The notes beneath the pieces were generated by a model. It saw nothing but the letters and a program-made list of their open reading frames with translations, was not told the DNA's origin and did no database searches. A program made the translations under genes and the position numbers. Source: Antedon mediterranea (taxonomy: Eukaryota; Animalia; Echinodermata). Taken from it: DNA of 64,000 bases. The stretch lies in NCBI RefSeq assembly GCF_964355755.1, contig NC_092672.1, positions 35,222,437 to 35,286,436 of the forward strand. The letters run 5' to 3'. This document shows, one piece after another, positions 11,223-28,508 of this stretch (positions within the stretch are counted from its first letter, which is position 1; each line of letters opens with the position of its first letter).

Positions 11223-12319
11223 TCAATCTGGACTGTTACTTCTACCTATAAAAAAAAAAAAATATATATATATTTTCTATTGGGTCAGCAGAGCATTAGC
11301 CGTAAATACTACAATCAATCAATGATACTTGACCTGCTGATGGGACCACAAAGTACTCTTCACAGGTTTTAGCAGCATTTCTCATTATTTCTTCAACATT
11401 GCCTCCTTCAGTTTCTACATCATCTCTCAACGGACAAGTTCTAAAAAATAAAAGAATTATCAATTCGTTGTACTGTTATTTATAAATTCGATTTTGAACA
11501 TAATTGGATATGTTCCAATGTGGATGTAGCTACCAGATTCCGGTGTACCTCTCTTATTACCTGTCTTCTAATACTGAATGCATTGGTTCAATCCCTGTTG
11601 TGTCAATTAAAGTAATTTGATCTGCGATTCTAATTACTTTGTTCAGCTTTTCAATACCCTCCTGATTAGCGAATTTAACCAGCGCTAGTTTTTCCAATTT
11701 TTCTACCGTTTCAAAGTCTATTTTTGTTTCCTAGAAAAAAATTAAGTACCGAAAGTTTAATAGAATACCATTAATAAAAGTTTGAACATTAATATAGTCC
11801 GACGAAAAATAAAAATTGCTTCAAAAACAAATACAGACCTCTGGTAATGTGGATTTGTCAAATTCCTTCCACACAGACTTTCTTGGAATCTAAAATTTAA
11901 AATAACTCATTGAATGAATTAAAGAACTATATATTAAGATTAGAATTAAAATTTAAAAAAATAAATGTATGTATGTGTTAAACTATTAATTATTATTTAT
12001 GTAAAATCTAAATAAAATGGTAATTATTTATTTATTATTAAAAGGGAGCAGCAGGAGAAACTCCCTGGAAAGCGGATGCCTATCGCCGCGAGGCTGTGCG
12101 TGGCTGTGTGATCTGCTGCTTGCCTGGGCCTAGCGACTAGGCCTGCATAAAATGATTGGTTTGGTGGTCTATACTTACTGCAGGATGAAAATGGTTTTGT
12201 GATGACGAACAAATAAAACGATTCAAATGAAATATATTTTGTTTTTTAATAATTATACAACATTTAGTGTATTTTAAACATTTTGAAAACAAAATGTTTT
12301 GCAACAAGGGCGCTGCCAT
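11223..12319 (-). CDS. GATC: Glutamyl-tRNA(Gln) amidotransferase subunit C, mitochondrial
   Basis: Minus-strand exons 12319-12179, 11889-11839, 11730-11561, 11440-11334, 11245-11223. Translation includes VEKLEKLALVKF...IADQITLIDTTGIEPMHSVLEDR-TCPLRDDVETEG...EEYFVVPS, matching vertebrate GATC (HLERLALVDF...DTDGVEPMESVLEDR...EEYFVAPP). Basic N-terminal presequence. The last exon is less certain: reading through exon 4 stops at 11296. Confidence 0.9.
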
Positions 12320-13262
<943 letters not shown>

Positions 13263-14472
13263 TGAAAACATGACAATGATGCAATTAACATTGAACTGTT
13301 TAATAATATATCATTTTATAATATTGAAATTTAATATGAGCAGCTGAATGAAATAACTGGCCTAGGAGTAAAATATCATGATGAATACAATTATACTTCC
13401 TGGTGTAGATATATATAGTCTGGATTATGCTGGTACCTACAACTAAAATGTAGAGATACTTACAGGATTTAATGCAATTTTGTATTCGTCGTAAAACATA
13501 TAATTTAATTAATTATACTGGAAAATAATTCCATGAGAAAGTGATTTCCTAGTGAGATAAACTATTGGTAGTATATAAGTTGGAATTGATACATTGTTGT
13601 AAAGCAGGTAGGCTAAATGGTCATTAAAAAATGATACATTTTATGTATTATTTACACAGTAGTATAATAACTTTATCCATAAATAAAATTATTTATATAT
13701 ACAAATATGCATATCGGTATTGATCAGCTCCACAATGCTCCAACCAGGGAGGTATACCTATGATTAAATAAATATGTATATCGTAGTAGTTATAATTGTG
13801 CTTTGTATGTAGGATTTATAAAAAAAGAAACCAAACCATGTTATAATTTGCTTTAAAAATAAGATTTATTTAATATTTTCTCGATTGGACAGTTGCTTGA
13901 ATGTTTTTTATATTTAAAATAATTGATTATTGTTGCATCATCAAAACAAATAAAAATAATAAAATGTTTGTTGTTAGCCTTATATTATGCTGTATTTTGA
14001 TTGGTTAATTATTCATGTGATGGACGTACACGTCACATATCATCACAACCTCCCGCGGTCCCCTTTTTCGCGAGGTGCCTCCATAATAAACGAGTTGTCA
14101 ATTTGGTTTGGAATATGCGGTAAGTTTTGGGAGTTTTTTGACAAAGTTTCTGTAGGCTAGGCCTTACATATATTTGTAATGTTTCGGTTAGCAAATTATA
14201 CCCACATATTACATTAACCAAAGACCTGGTTTTAATGGTGCTTAGGCTACAAAAGTATTGTCTATTATTGAGTCGATGTTTGTTTTGTTTGGCTTCCGCC
14301 TTCTTGACAAGCCTAGGCCTAGTATTGAGTATAGTGGGTAGGTTGGATAGGTTTTGGCCATCATGCATGCTCGCTCACGATGGATGATTATTTGATGACC
14401 TGCCTAGCCTAGGTAGGCCTAAGACCGTTCTTAATGGAGGTAGCAGTTGTACAAAGTATTGGGCCAATTGTC

Positions 14473-15236
14473 GGCGCTACTGCAGTTTTGGACCACACTG
14501 TTTATATCTTCGATTTCTCGCTTAATTTTTTTCTCACACCCACATCATACAATTTTGGGCCATTATGTAACATGTTCCCATGATTTAGCCACCGTTATAT
14601 TATTATTATTACCTTTTTTATCATAATAAAAAATGTCTTTCAAAACAGCTCCTTTTTTCGCGAATACTTCGATCGAACTGTGGCCATTTTATTTTTAGAA
14701 TCAGAAAATTGCCAGAAATCAATGTATGTTTTATTTTCTGTTTTTATTTTTAAACTGCAAAGAGTGGTTTTTATAAAGAACCAGCTGTACATATCAAAAC
14801 GGCGACGATATGAGTCGTAAAACATTGATAGGAACCATTAATATGAATAATAATACGAATAATGAAATTTTAATTTAACCTTTATTTCGCCAGCTGAAAA
14901 CATTTCTTGCTTTTCAAAACTAAATAGGCCTATGTGTAATCGGATTTTATAACACTGCCCTCTATAGTTTCTACAATTTTTGGTGTAAAATAAAGCATAA
15001 ATTCTGGCAATAAGTGATAAATATAAGATGGCGAACATTTCGCAGTGTGTTGACAGCGAGTTCAGTATTGTTTAAAATGTTTTGAAAAGTATTGTTATTT
15101 TTAAAAAATTACTTGGTACCGTAAGTGGTCGAATTGTATAAACATGTTACATAATATTATGTTGCGAGTGTAAAAAACAAAAGTTTAGGTGAGAAATCGA
15201 AGATATAACGGTGTGGTGCGAAACTGCAGTAGCGCC
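14473..15236. mobile_element. Long-TIR non-autonomous DNA element
   Basis: GGCGCTACTGCAGTTT...TATATCTTCGATTTCTC at the left end and its reverse complement at the right end. Inverted similarity continues ~100 bp inward (ATTATGTAACATG / CATGTTACATAAT). Confidence 0.75.
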
Positions 15237-17252
15237 CAATTCTCCTACTATTTAGCCCACTAGCCCACGATATATGCTGAATAAGACATCTAATTAATCA
15301 ATATGATTCATGAAAATAAATAAACTAGAAAAGTTGCTTAAATAAAGTATTTTAATATTTAAATAATACTAACACTGAAGAGTAAGTTTTTGGAGTGCTT
15401 ATAACTTGTGTAAATAGTTTTGTAGTAAGTAACGGCATTGTGAAAAACACCAATATGGTGATTCAAGTGTTGCATCTGTTTTTAAATAAAGTTGTTATAG
15501 TATACTGGTTGCATTGACATTGACAAAATATATTAAAATTGAACGTAATTTTCACCAATAAATTTAATTATTAATTAGTATTAAATACACGCAGATTATA
15601 TTGAGTTTTTAGCCCTCTATTATGATTGAAACAACAACATTGAACATGGCGTATGCGAAATTGACGAACCGATGTGCGAGAAACACGTCTGTAAATTCAT
15701 CAATTTAAAGCATTTATTTGTCACTTTTTGTGCAATTTCCTTCGTAAAAAAGTATTTTTGAGGCCTAATTCTAAGGTGTGGTACTCACGATAAAGTTTCT
15801 TAACACATTTTGAGTCGAAATAAATGACAGGTGCGAAACTAGCGCCGTATACTGTATAAATTAATATTATGGTATTATTAATTATATGCTGTACTGAAGA
15901 ACAACCAAAATTTGATTGAAACAGGTGACATTTTAGAAATGAATTGAATTTTTTTAGAGATTGACATTGGAATGATTTAAAATTGATTTGCGGAAAACTG
16001 TTTTTCTTCCACAATTTATACATATGCGCAATTTGAACAAATAAATAACATTAAAACTGTACAGGGAATCCTTGTCTTCATTTTCCAACCACTTTTTTTA
16101 ATGAAACTGTTAATTATCTATTTTACACACTACGCAATTTGAAATGTTTTTTCGTGTGCAAATTGTAAATACCGTATCAGTGGCACCAGATTGTTTTGCA
16201 TGCTCTAACCCTATTATCAAACCAATCAATCAGTAATCTTTCGTCATTGCAATTTGTATACAGCTGTTGCAGTATTAGTCAAGACGGTATGAAAATTACA
16301 AAACTATAAAAACTCTTCTTGATATAACCATGGAGGTATAAAAATATTTTTATACCTCCATGGTATAACCAACCATGTGCGCAGTTTTCTTTATATTAAT
16401 GCCAAGAATAATATTTCTATGTTTAATTAACATTTATTTTTGACATATTAAAGTTAATTTTCAGTTTTCAATTTTATTTATATATCATTACAACAATAAA
16501 TACAAACATTTTAGTAAATGATAATTTCCCCTGTAAAATTAATAAACTGGGTTGTTATCTCTACATTGTAAGAAGAATATGACTTGAGTGTTTATAACTT
16601 AACAACTACTGTATAAGGTTCATTGACAGAGTGCTAAATACAGCAATAATACTTGGTCTTATCTGATTGGTTAATGTTAACATACATTTTCCAATCACAA
16701 CAGCGTTATATGTTTTCTGTTTATAAGATTAGAATATGTTGTCATACAGTAGGCCTACCATTTGAAACTAAAGTAAAATTGTTGATTGTTTTTAAATTAA
16801 TATTCTGCTATTTTCTTTAGCTTTCTAGATTGGAATAACAGTATATCATCTTTTTAATAAGTTGATACTTTAAGTGGTAAGATTAGTTTCATTTTTATTA
16901 CAGTAAGTTCTCACAAAATGTAATTGTTCAATCAAGGATTGCTTTCCGAAAAGTATGCTTTTTACTGAAATGTTTAATTTGTAATGTACTAACATTTGCT
17001 TTCATAGCAGGATGACTGCAATTGTCGTAAAACCTATGTTAACAATTTCTATTGAAAACATAATAGTACAGTACTTTTGTAACAAATATTATTGCAGTAA
17101 TTTATGCAGTATGCATACTGCAGTATGCATGATTGGTTTTACATTAAAAATAAGGTGCAGTTTTGTCTATGAAAAAGCAAACTCTTGTATAGAAAACAGC
17201 TAGTGTACTAGAAAACAGCTAAATCTCAAAACCTAATAGTCGAATATGTCTA

Positions 17253-17432
17253 AAGCTCTGTCTACACTATCAAACTTTATGTGACAAAAAAAAATGTGGT
17301 GTCCCCATATATGGACATGATGATGTCATATCACTACCCTATTTGGGCATATCAACTACCCTGTTTGGGCACATCACTACCATATTTGGGCACACTTTTT
17401 TGTCAAACTACTTTGACAGTGTAGACAGAGTT
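17253..17432. mobile_element. MITE family 1 copy
   Basis: Family TIR and internal repeats. Confidence 0.8.
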
Positions 17433-17479
17433 TAATGATTCAGATGCTATCAACCATGTTGTCTATTTACAGATTCTAA

Positions 17480-21475
<3,996 letters not shown>

Positions 21476-21637
21476 GTCGTTTCTTTCAAGTTATTCTGTA
21501 CCAAAGTAATCCAGTCTAAATATGATGACTTCATACACCACAGCTTTTTTTTATGCTATTTTACATGGTTTCATGGAGACATTATGTAAAACAATTCATG
21601 TTACTTTAACAGTCAATTCTCTAACAATGAAACACAA

Positions 21638-22190
21638 TTGGGCTGGCCCAGTTCACTGTTGGATTGGCCCTTTCACTGTTTGTTGGGCTTGGCCCAGTTC
21701 ACCGTTGGGCTGGCCCAGTTCACTGTTGGGCTGACCCAGTTCACTGTTGGGCTGACCCAGTTCACCGTTGGGCTGACCCAGTTCACCATTGGGCTGACCC
21801 AGTTCACTGTTGAGCTTGCCCCGCACCATTGGACTGGCCAGTTCACTGTTGGGCTGGCCTGCACCATTGAGCTGGCCAGTTCACTGTTGGGCTGGCCTGC
21901 ACCATTGAGCTGGCTCAGTTCACTGTTGAGCTGGCCTGCACCATTGAGCTGGCTCAGTTTACTGTTGAGCTGGCCTGCACCATTGAGCTGGCTCAGTTTA
22001 CTGTTGAGCTGGCCTGCACCATTGAGCTGGCTCAGTTCACTGTTGAGCTGGCCTGCACCATTGAGCTGGCTCAGTTTACTGTTGAGCTAGCCTGCACCAT
22101 TGAGCTAGCCTGCACCATTGAGTTTGTTGGTGCACCATTTGACTAGCCTAACTATTGAGCTGGTCTACACCATTCAGCTGGCCTGCACTG
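21638..22190. repeat. Compound minisatellite (21-, 39- and 18-bp units) just downstream of the SMIM14 stop
   Basis: (TTGGGCTGRCCCAGTTCACYG)n grades into (TTGAGCTGGCCTGCACCA-TTGAGCTGGCTCAGTTYACTG)n. Confidence 0.9.
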
Positions 22191-22620
22191 TCTGGTTATC
22201 AGAGTTGACTGTACCACATTTAATAATTATTTTTCCACACCTAATAATTTTTTTTAAAGGAATTTTTTGGTACAGAATGACTTTATTAACATTTACCAGC
22301 TCCATTGAATATAAAATGGTTACGAAAAATGACAAAAGGATCCAAATCTAGATTAAAACATAACAAGCACAATGTGTCTTATTTAATAACAATACCTAAT
22401 GTGTTTGTAGGTACTGTACTTTTTAGTCAGAAATGCTACTACTATTAACATTTATTTTTCTGTACATATTTATATATTATATTAATGCCAGATGACTGAG
22501 GGTGGAGAGATGATGGACAGGTTAGAAGACAGAAAAGTTTAAAAAAAAAGATTTGTTGAACAACGCAGAGCTTATCAAATACCAATAGAATGCTACAATC
22601 GTCTCTACAAACCATTGTTA

Positions 22621-22873
22621 AAGCTCTACACTATAATAATAATAATAATAATAATTCAACATTCATTTATTAGTTTCTATCAATGGTAAAACAATACAAT
22701 AGAAAAGAATGATAATTTATAATGAGAAAATATAAAAATACCATTAATAGAGGATCTTTGACAACAAAGTGTGATATGATATTAAAATTGGTAGTGATAT
22801 GACATCATCATGTCCATATACGGGCACATCACAGTTTTTTGTCACATAAAGATTGATAGTGTAGACAGAGCTT
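22621..22873. mobile_element. MITE family 1 copy interrupted by an AT-rich insertion
   Basis: Left TIR remnant at 22621. The family sequence resumes at ~22757 and ends in GATAGTGTAGACAGAGCTT. Confidence 0.65.
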
Positions 22874-23345
22874 AAAGCTATTACGATTCTACTGTTTTGG
22901 TAAATTATTCAAAAAAATGGCAATATATCCGACTGCGTTCGGTTCATTTGTCGTCATTGATAATTTCATATTGTTGGTGATGGGAGAATCTAATATTTAA
23001 ATTTCTGAATACCTAATAAAATCACTGTCCTAAGTAAACAAAACGTTCTATTTATAACATAACAAAATTATTATTTGGTGAAGGAATGTATATAGTTGCA
23101 AGGTTGTTGACTGCAGAACCTAGATGTGTATATTTTTTTTCTCAATTATCTCTGAATAGAAAGTGTAACTTGAATTTTCATTTCATTATTTATAGTTATT
23201 GTAAAATGAGTAAAGAATATATTTTTCATTAAAAAATGAAATGATCTGTTAAGAAATTTGGGGTGGGGGAGGGGTTAGTAGGGTTGTGTGATGTATATTG
23301 TGAAAGTAATAGTATTCAACTATTTATTTAGTTATTATAAAAAAC

Positions 23346-23490
23346 AGCTCTGTCTACACTATCAAACTAGTTTTTAAAAATAGTGTGGTGTGCACAAATA
23401 GTGATATTCCCAAATATGGTAGTGATGTGACATCATCATGTCACATCACATTTTTTTGTCACATAAAGTTTGATAGTGTGGACAGGGCTT
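23346..23490. mobile_element. MITE family 1 copy
   Basis: Family TIR and internal repeats. Confidence 0.8.
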
Positions 23491-24463
23491 AAGATGATAA
23501 TACTGTATGTATATTATTATCAACATTTTCACATCACTTTGTAATGCTTAGATCTAATCATACCATATTATTGTAAACTTGTTGTATTACATGACTAGTC
23601 TGTGAGATCAAAGTATAACAATATAATGATGATCTTTGTAATTTTCTCATAAAATTATGATCAGTAATTAACAAAAGAAAAGATTCCTCTTTATATTATA
23701 TCATTTGATGGAACACTGATTTCAAGTGCAGATAATTTCTATTGTTGAACTTTAAGATGTCCTGTCATAATGTCAGTATACTATAATACAAATAATGAAT
23801 GTTTATTAGTGGATGGTACAAATAATGAACGATGAAAGGTTATATTCTGACCCACAATCGTCCAATAAAATGACAGGAATTTATTTAGGTGTTATTTAAA
23901 ATCTAATAGTGCAAATAAGTAACTATGTCAATTGCATATTAGAAGACTATCTCTAGTAAAGTGTTCTTTATTCACTTGAGTTTATTATAGGAATTCATTT
24001 TCCATTTTTTATTATTAATATTAAATGCATTAATGATTTCCAATTCTACTGTTTTTTTTTTAAAAAGCAAACATTATGGTAATATTTTAAAACCTTTCTG
24101 ACTGCATGAATTCACATGTTACATCAATAAATAAAAGATTCTTTATAAGAAACCAAACGGTTGTTATATCACTTTACTAATTCGTCAAGATGTACCGGTA
24201 ACAATGATGCAATATAATAATTAATATTGACCTGCGGATCCAGAGGTGGTGTCTAGAAATTTCAGATCTAAGATTTATCTGAGTTTTAGAACAACGTATT
24301 AATACATGATTGGGTTCATGTTCCACTCTGAACATGTTTTCATCAGGAGCTGTGCAGGCCGCCAATTTCGTATATTACAAAAAGCATTGAAAACAACGTG
24401 CGGCGCGCCGGCTGGGTAGAGGTTTGTTAAATTGAATTCATGTTTCGATTTATTAAGATAAAA

Positions 24464-26886
24464 ATGAGGCTTGACGATTTTGTATCACCTATGACTTTGA
24501 ACCTGTTCGTGAGTATGGGATGTGGAGTCATGCTAGGATGGTTTATGAAAGAAAAATACAACAAACAAATTAGTTTACAGAATGAAAATGCTAGGCCTTC
24601 AGAAACAGGAGCTGTCGGTAGAACCAATGCCTTGGTAAGTTGTCTTTTACGGCTTCGTGGATATAGTTATAGGCAGGCAGGCCTAGAGGGCTATTGTTAT
24701 TTGTAGTTTATTGTTTACATGATTTCTGTAGGTTGATACTGCAGGCGAGGGAGGTGGTGAACATAAGATGGTGCTTGTTGTCAGGACAGATTTGAAAATG
24801 GGAAAGGGAAAAGTTGCTGCACAGGTACGTAACATACACAATCAAAACATATAAAAAATATACTAAATAAACAGTTACCCATCTAGGCATATCTATAGTA
24901 TAATATAGTGCCTACAGATAGTTGATCATAGGCCTACTATTAAAATAATAGTATATGGTATCAACTTCAGACTCGGTGTGATTTTTTATTTATTATTGCA
25001 GAGAAATAAACATTCCCATGTTCCACTTTAAATGTGGTTTTGTTTTTAAAAAAGTATTTTCAATTCACTTTTTTGTATTTTACATTACAAATTGTGCAAC
25101 TTATTTTATACTGTATAAATATATTTAGTGCAGCCACGCAGCTGTAAACTGTTATCGTCACACACAACGAAATAATCCAGGTATGCTAAGAAAATGGGAA
25201 TCAAATGGCCAACCTAAGGTGGTTGTCAAGACAACAGATGAAGCGACATTGTGAGTGACATGGACGAAAAATTTAGTTGCCATGGTGATGTGTTGCTAAT
25301 CCTCGTTAAACTGTTGTTCTCATTTTTTACTAAAAAAAATAAGTTTTTATCTGAAATTAAAATTAGTCAAAAGATTCCAATTCTGCTCTACTTATATGCT
25401 ATTGGGTTCAAATTAGAACAATTTTGGGATTTCCCAAAATGTGATTAGTAATTCATGAAAACAGCAGTTTCAAGTTTAAGCTCTGTCTACACTATCAACC
25501 TTTATGTGACAAAAGTGTGATGTGCCCAAATATGGACGTGATGATGTCATATCACTACTGTATTTCAGCATATCACTACCATATTTGGGCACATCACACT
25601 TTTTTGTCACATAAAGTTTGATAGTGTAGACAGTGCTTAAGATTAACTGAGTAGGTTCAAGTTATTTTATTTTGATATATTTTACATTAGTGTTGTCACG
25701 CAGCTGTAGGATGCTATTCAGAACTTTTAGAGAGAGACGATGAAGATGACACGTTGGAATTGTGGGAAGAAAATGGCCAACCTAAAATAGTAGTAAAAGC
25801 CCCTGATGAAGAGACACTGTGAGTCCAAATTGACAGTGTCCCACATAAATTTTCCAAAATTATACTTTTTAAAACAAAAATGTTTTAAAATATTCATGAT
25901 TATTTTTCTTACCTGTTTTAGGGTGTTAGGTGAACTGTATGTGCCATTATTTAAAAGCTGTCCATCTGACAGTTAAGCTCTGTCTACACTATCAAAATTT
26001 ATGTGAAAAAAAAATTGTGATGTCATATCACTACCATATTTAAGCATATCACTACCATAAACTAGTTTGATAGTGTAGACAGAGCTCTAGAAACTATGAA
26101 CAGATTTAATGCTTATTTTGTTTTAAATTACAGAATCGCATTAGCGCAACATGCACAGTCAGTAGGCCTGACTTCATGTCTTATACAAGACGCAGGAAGA
26201 ACACAAATAGCGCCAGGCTCAAAAACAGTACTAGGTGTTGGTCCAGGTATAAAATAACTTTAATTTGAAATTCTCATAGTAGTTAGGCCCGATTTTTTCA
26301 ATCATACACACATTTATTCAGTTATTTGACAACAACTGGGGCCCACACTAGAAGCAGAAGCTTGTCTCATAAGAGCCCCTACAATACAAATATGACGAAA
26401 TACATAAAAAGAAAAACTGTATAAAACAGTAAACAATAAAATAAGTCAAAAACAAAATTTTTTGGTATATGGAAGCAAACCAGATTTAATTTAATTTAAT
26501 TAATTTTATTCATCCAAGAGAAATAATCATTAAAAGAATAAAATAAGATCTGCTTACAAAAGCAAAAACCCACACAAGCACGTGAAAAATGATATTAATT
26601 CTAGTTGATTTTTTTTCAGTTTAATAATAATAATAAATTTATTTGAAAATGAAAAACTTGATCACTTAATATAGTGTTTTTACCAAGGCCATTTTACTAT
26701 ACAAAACTACAGTATTTACAAAAACAAACAGTACTCCTATGTTAATGTTTGTTTAGATTTTAAATAAATTAATAATAATATTTTTATTTGCCAAAAAACA
26801 TGCATTAATATAATACTTTTTTTACTTCTTCTCCAGGTCCTGCTGAATTAATAAACAAAGTGACTGGTCACCTGAAATTATTTTGA
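24464..26886 (+). CDS. PTRH2: Peptidyl-tRNA hydrolase 2, mitochondrial (Pth2/Bit1), with alternative exon 3A/3B
   Basis: Exons 24464 (or in-frame ATG 24440)-24634, 24732-24824, [25129-25250 or 25691-25818], 26134-26246, 26837-26886. N-terminal TM anchor, then [44 protein letters not shown] and VTGHLKLF*. Confidence 0.95.
25129..25250 (+). CDS. PTRH2: PTRH2 alternative exon 3A (basic variant)
   Basis: TTTAG|...|GTGAGT, 122 nt, phase 0 to 2. [41 protein letters not shown]. Confidence 0.9.
25478..25638. mobile_element. MITE family 1 copy between PTRH2 exons 3A and 3B
   Basis: Family TIR. Ends ~52 nt before the 3B acceptor. Confidence 0.85.
25691..25818 (+). CDS. PTRH2: PTRH2 alternative exon 3B (acidic variant)
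   Basis: ATTAG|...|GTGAGT, 128 nt, phase 0 to 2. [43 protein letters not shown]. Confidence 0.85.
25975..26086. mobile_element. MITE family 1 copy (internally deleted) between PTRH2 exon 3B and exon 4
   Basis: Both family TIRs intact. Ends ~47 nt before the exon-4 acceptor. Confidence 0.85.
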
Positions 26887-27547
26887 AGAATGAAATTCAG
26901 AAAGCAAGAAGAACATCCGAAGACCACAGTCATCTTTTATTAGAATATTACTCTCTTTTTTATGGAATATTTTGTGAACTTTCCTAAACCATTAGGACTG
27001 GCCCAAAATATCTGACTTTCTTGAAAGTTTGGTTCACAGAATACATTTTAAATACCGGGAATTTTTTTTTTTTTATTTTTGCGAGAGACCTTTTTTCTTT
27101 GGTTTGGGAGAGTTGACTGTGTCGATGGGAAATGTTTAAAGAGTTTTGTAAATGGGATATTTATGATATTTTAGATGTTGATAATGAATAGGTTATAAAT
27201 CCAGCTAGTTGCTTTATGGTAGTCTTGTAGTAGTGATATAGCTATTACAGGTAAAATAATACAATTAACAAACAGTAAAACGGTCATAGTTGGTATCTAC
27301 CACATATACCAACTTTTAAGAATATTCCTATCCAAATGGTGAACTATTATTGTTTACATCACAAACAATTTCAATATTTAAGGCTGCTTTAACAAAACAC
27401 TATATGTCATGTTATGTATAGTTTATTTGTATTTTTCTTGGATATGGTTTTATCTTAACTGTTTGTATTGTATGGAGTGAGTGCAGAATCTGTTTGGGCT
27501 TTAGCCTATTCTCATTCCTGGTTATTTTTTACATTGATGACCGAATA

Positions 27548-27579
<32 letters not shown>

Positions 27580-27989
27580 CATATTTTGAATTAATAATTC
27601 TTAATGCAGCATTAGTATTTAAGAATGTGTTAATTAAATTAAATCTATTTAAAATGAATAAGAGGAAATTCATTTTATTGTAAGCCTGTTTACATTTTAC
27701 AAATGGTAATTATTCTAAATAAATAAAACTAATGAATATAAACATCTTATCTTTTTTTTTCAAAATAAAATATTGCTTTTAGTTTTAAATTTACAAAACA
27801 CTGCCTGCCTGTTTATAGTATAAAAGTGTTCTTCCTAAAATACTTCGTGAAATAGATTTATGTGTGCTGTAAGGAAAGGTAAATTGCCTTTGATATATTG
27901 TATGGCTTAATGAATTTCTAATGTGTGTGTGGGGGCGATAAATACAAATGATTGCACATTCTGGCAACTATTTAAATCACCGACTGCCT

Positions 27990-28144
27990 TATGTGCAAGC
28001 TGTCGTGGTGTCCGGTGGCCGTACGTACAACATAAACACAGCATTCATGCCGTGTGTTGTGTGCGAGAGAGGAGATGGGAGAGATTCCCCATCAGAATTC
28101 TTGTTTGCATAGCATTGTAACGTACAAATATTCATTTTTTATCA
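27990..28144 (+). other. Candidate non-coding first exon of the TPST gene
   Basis: CpG-richer patch ending in a consensus donor A|GTAAGT (28145), followed by a TAGGCCTA-rich zone. A strong acceptor (pyrimidine tract + AG) ends at 38691, 154 nt before the TPST ATG. The link between them is inferred and the start is approximate. Confidence 0.4.
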
Positions 28145-28508
28145 GTAAGTATAATTTATAGTATTTTAAACAACATATTCAACATCTAAATCTGTTCGTG
28201 ATTTGAACGTTAAGCGCTAAAACAAGATAGTAAAATAGGCTAAGGCTAGCCCTAGCTATCTTACTTAGAAAGCAAGAAGGCCAAGGAAGTTTGTGCACAG
28301 GAAATATAGTCCTAATCCCCTACTTAATAGTTGATATTTCCTAGTCCAGGCCTAGGTTATTTGGATTAGGCCAATGTGTACAATTTCGGCCACAGACAAT
28401 AATATGCCTATAATCTATATAACAGATTTTACTTATTTAATACTGTTAGGCCTAGCCTAGTTGCTGTATATTGTCAATATTTATTTTATTTTCAATTTAT
28501 ATATATGA

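Noticed and set aside
21522-22351. ORFs up to 150 aa with periodic sequence
   Set aside because: Translations of the 21/39-bp minisatellite, with no splice or homology support.
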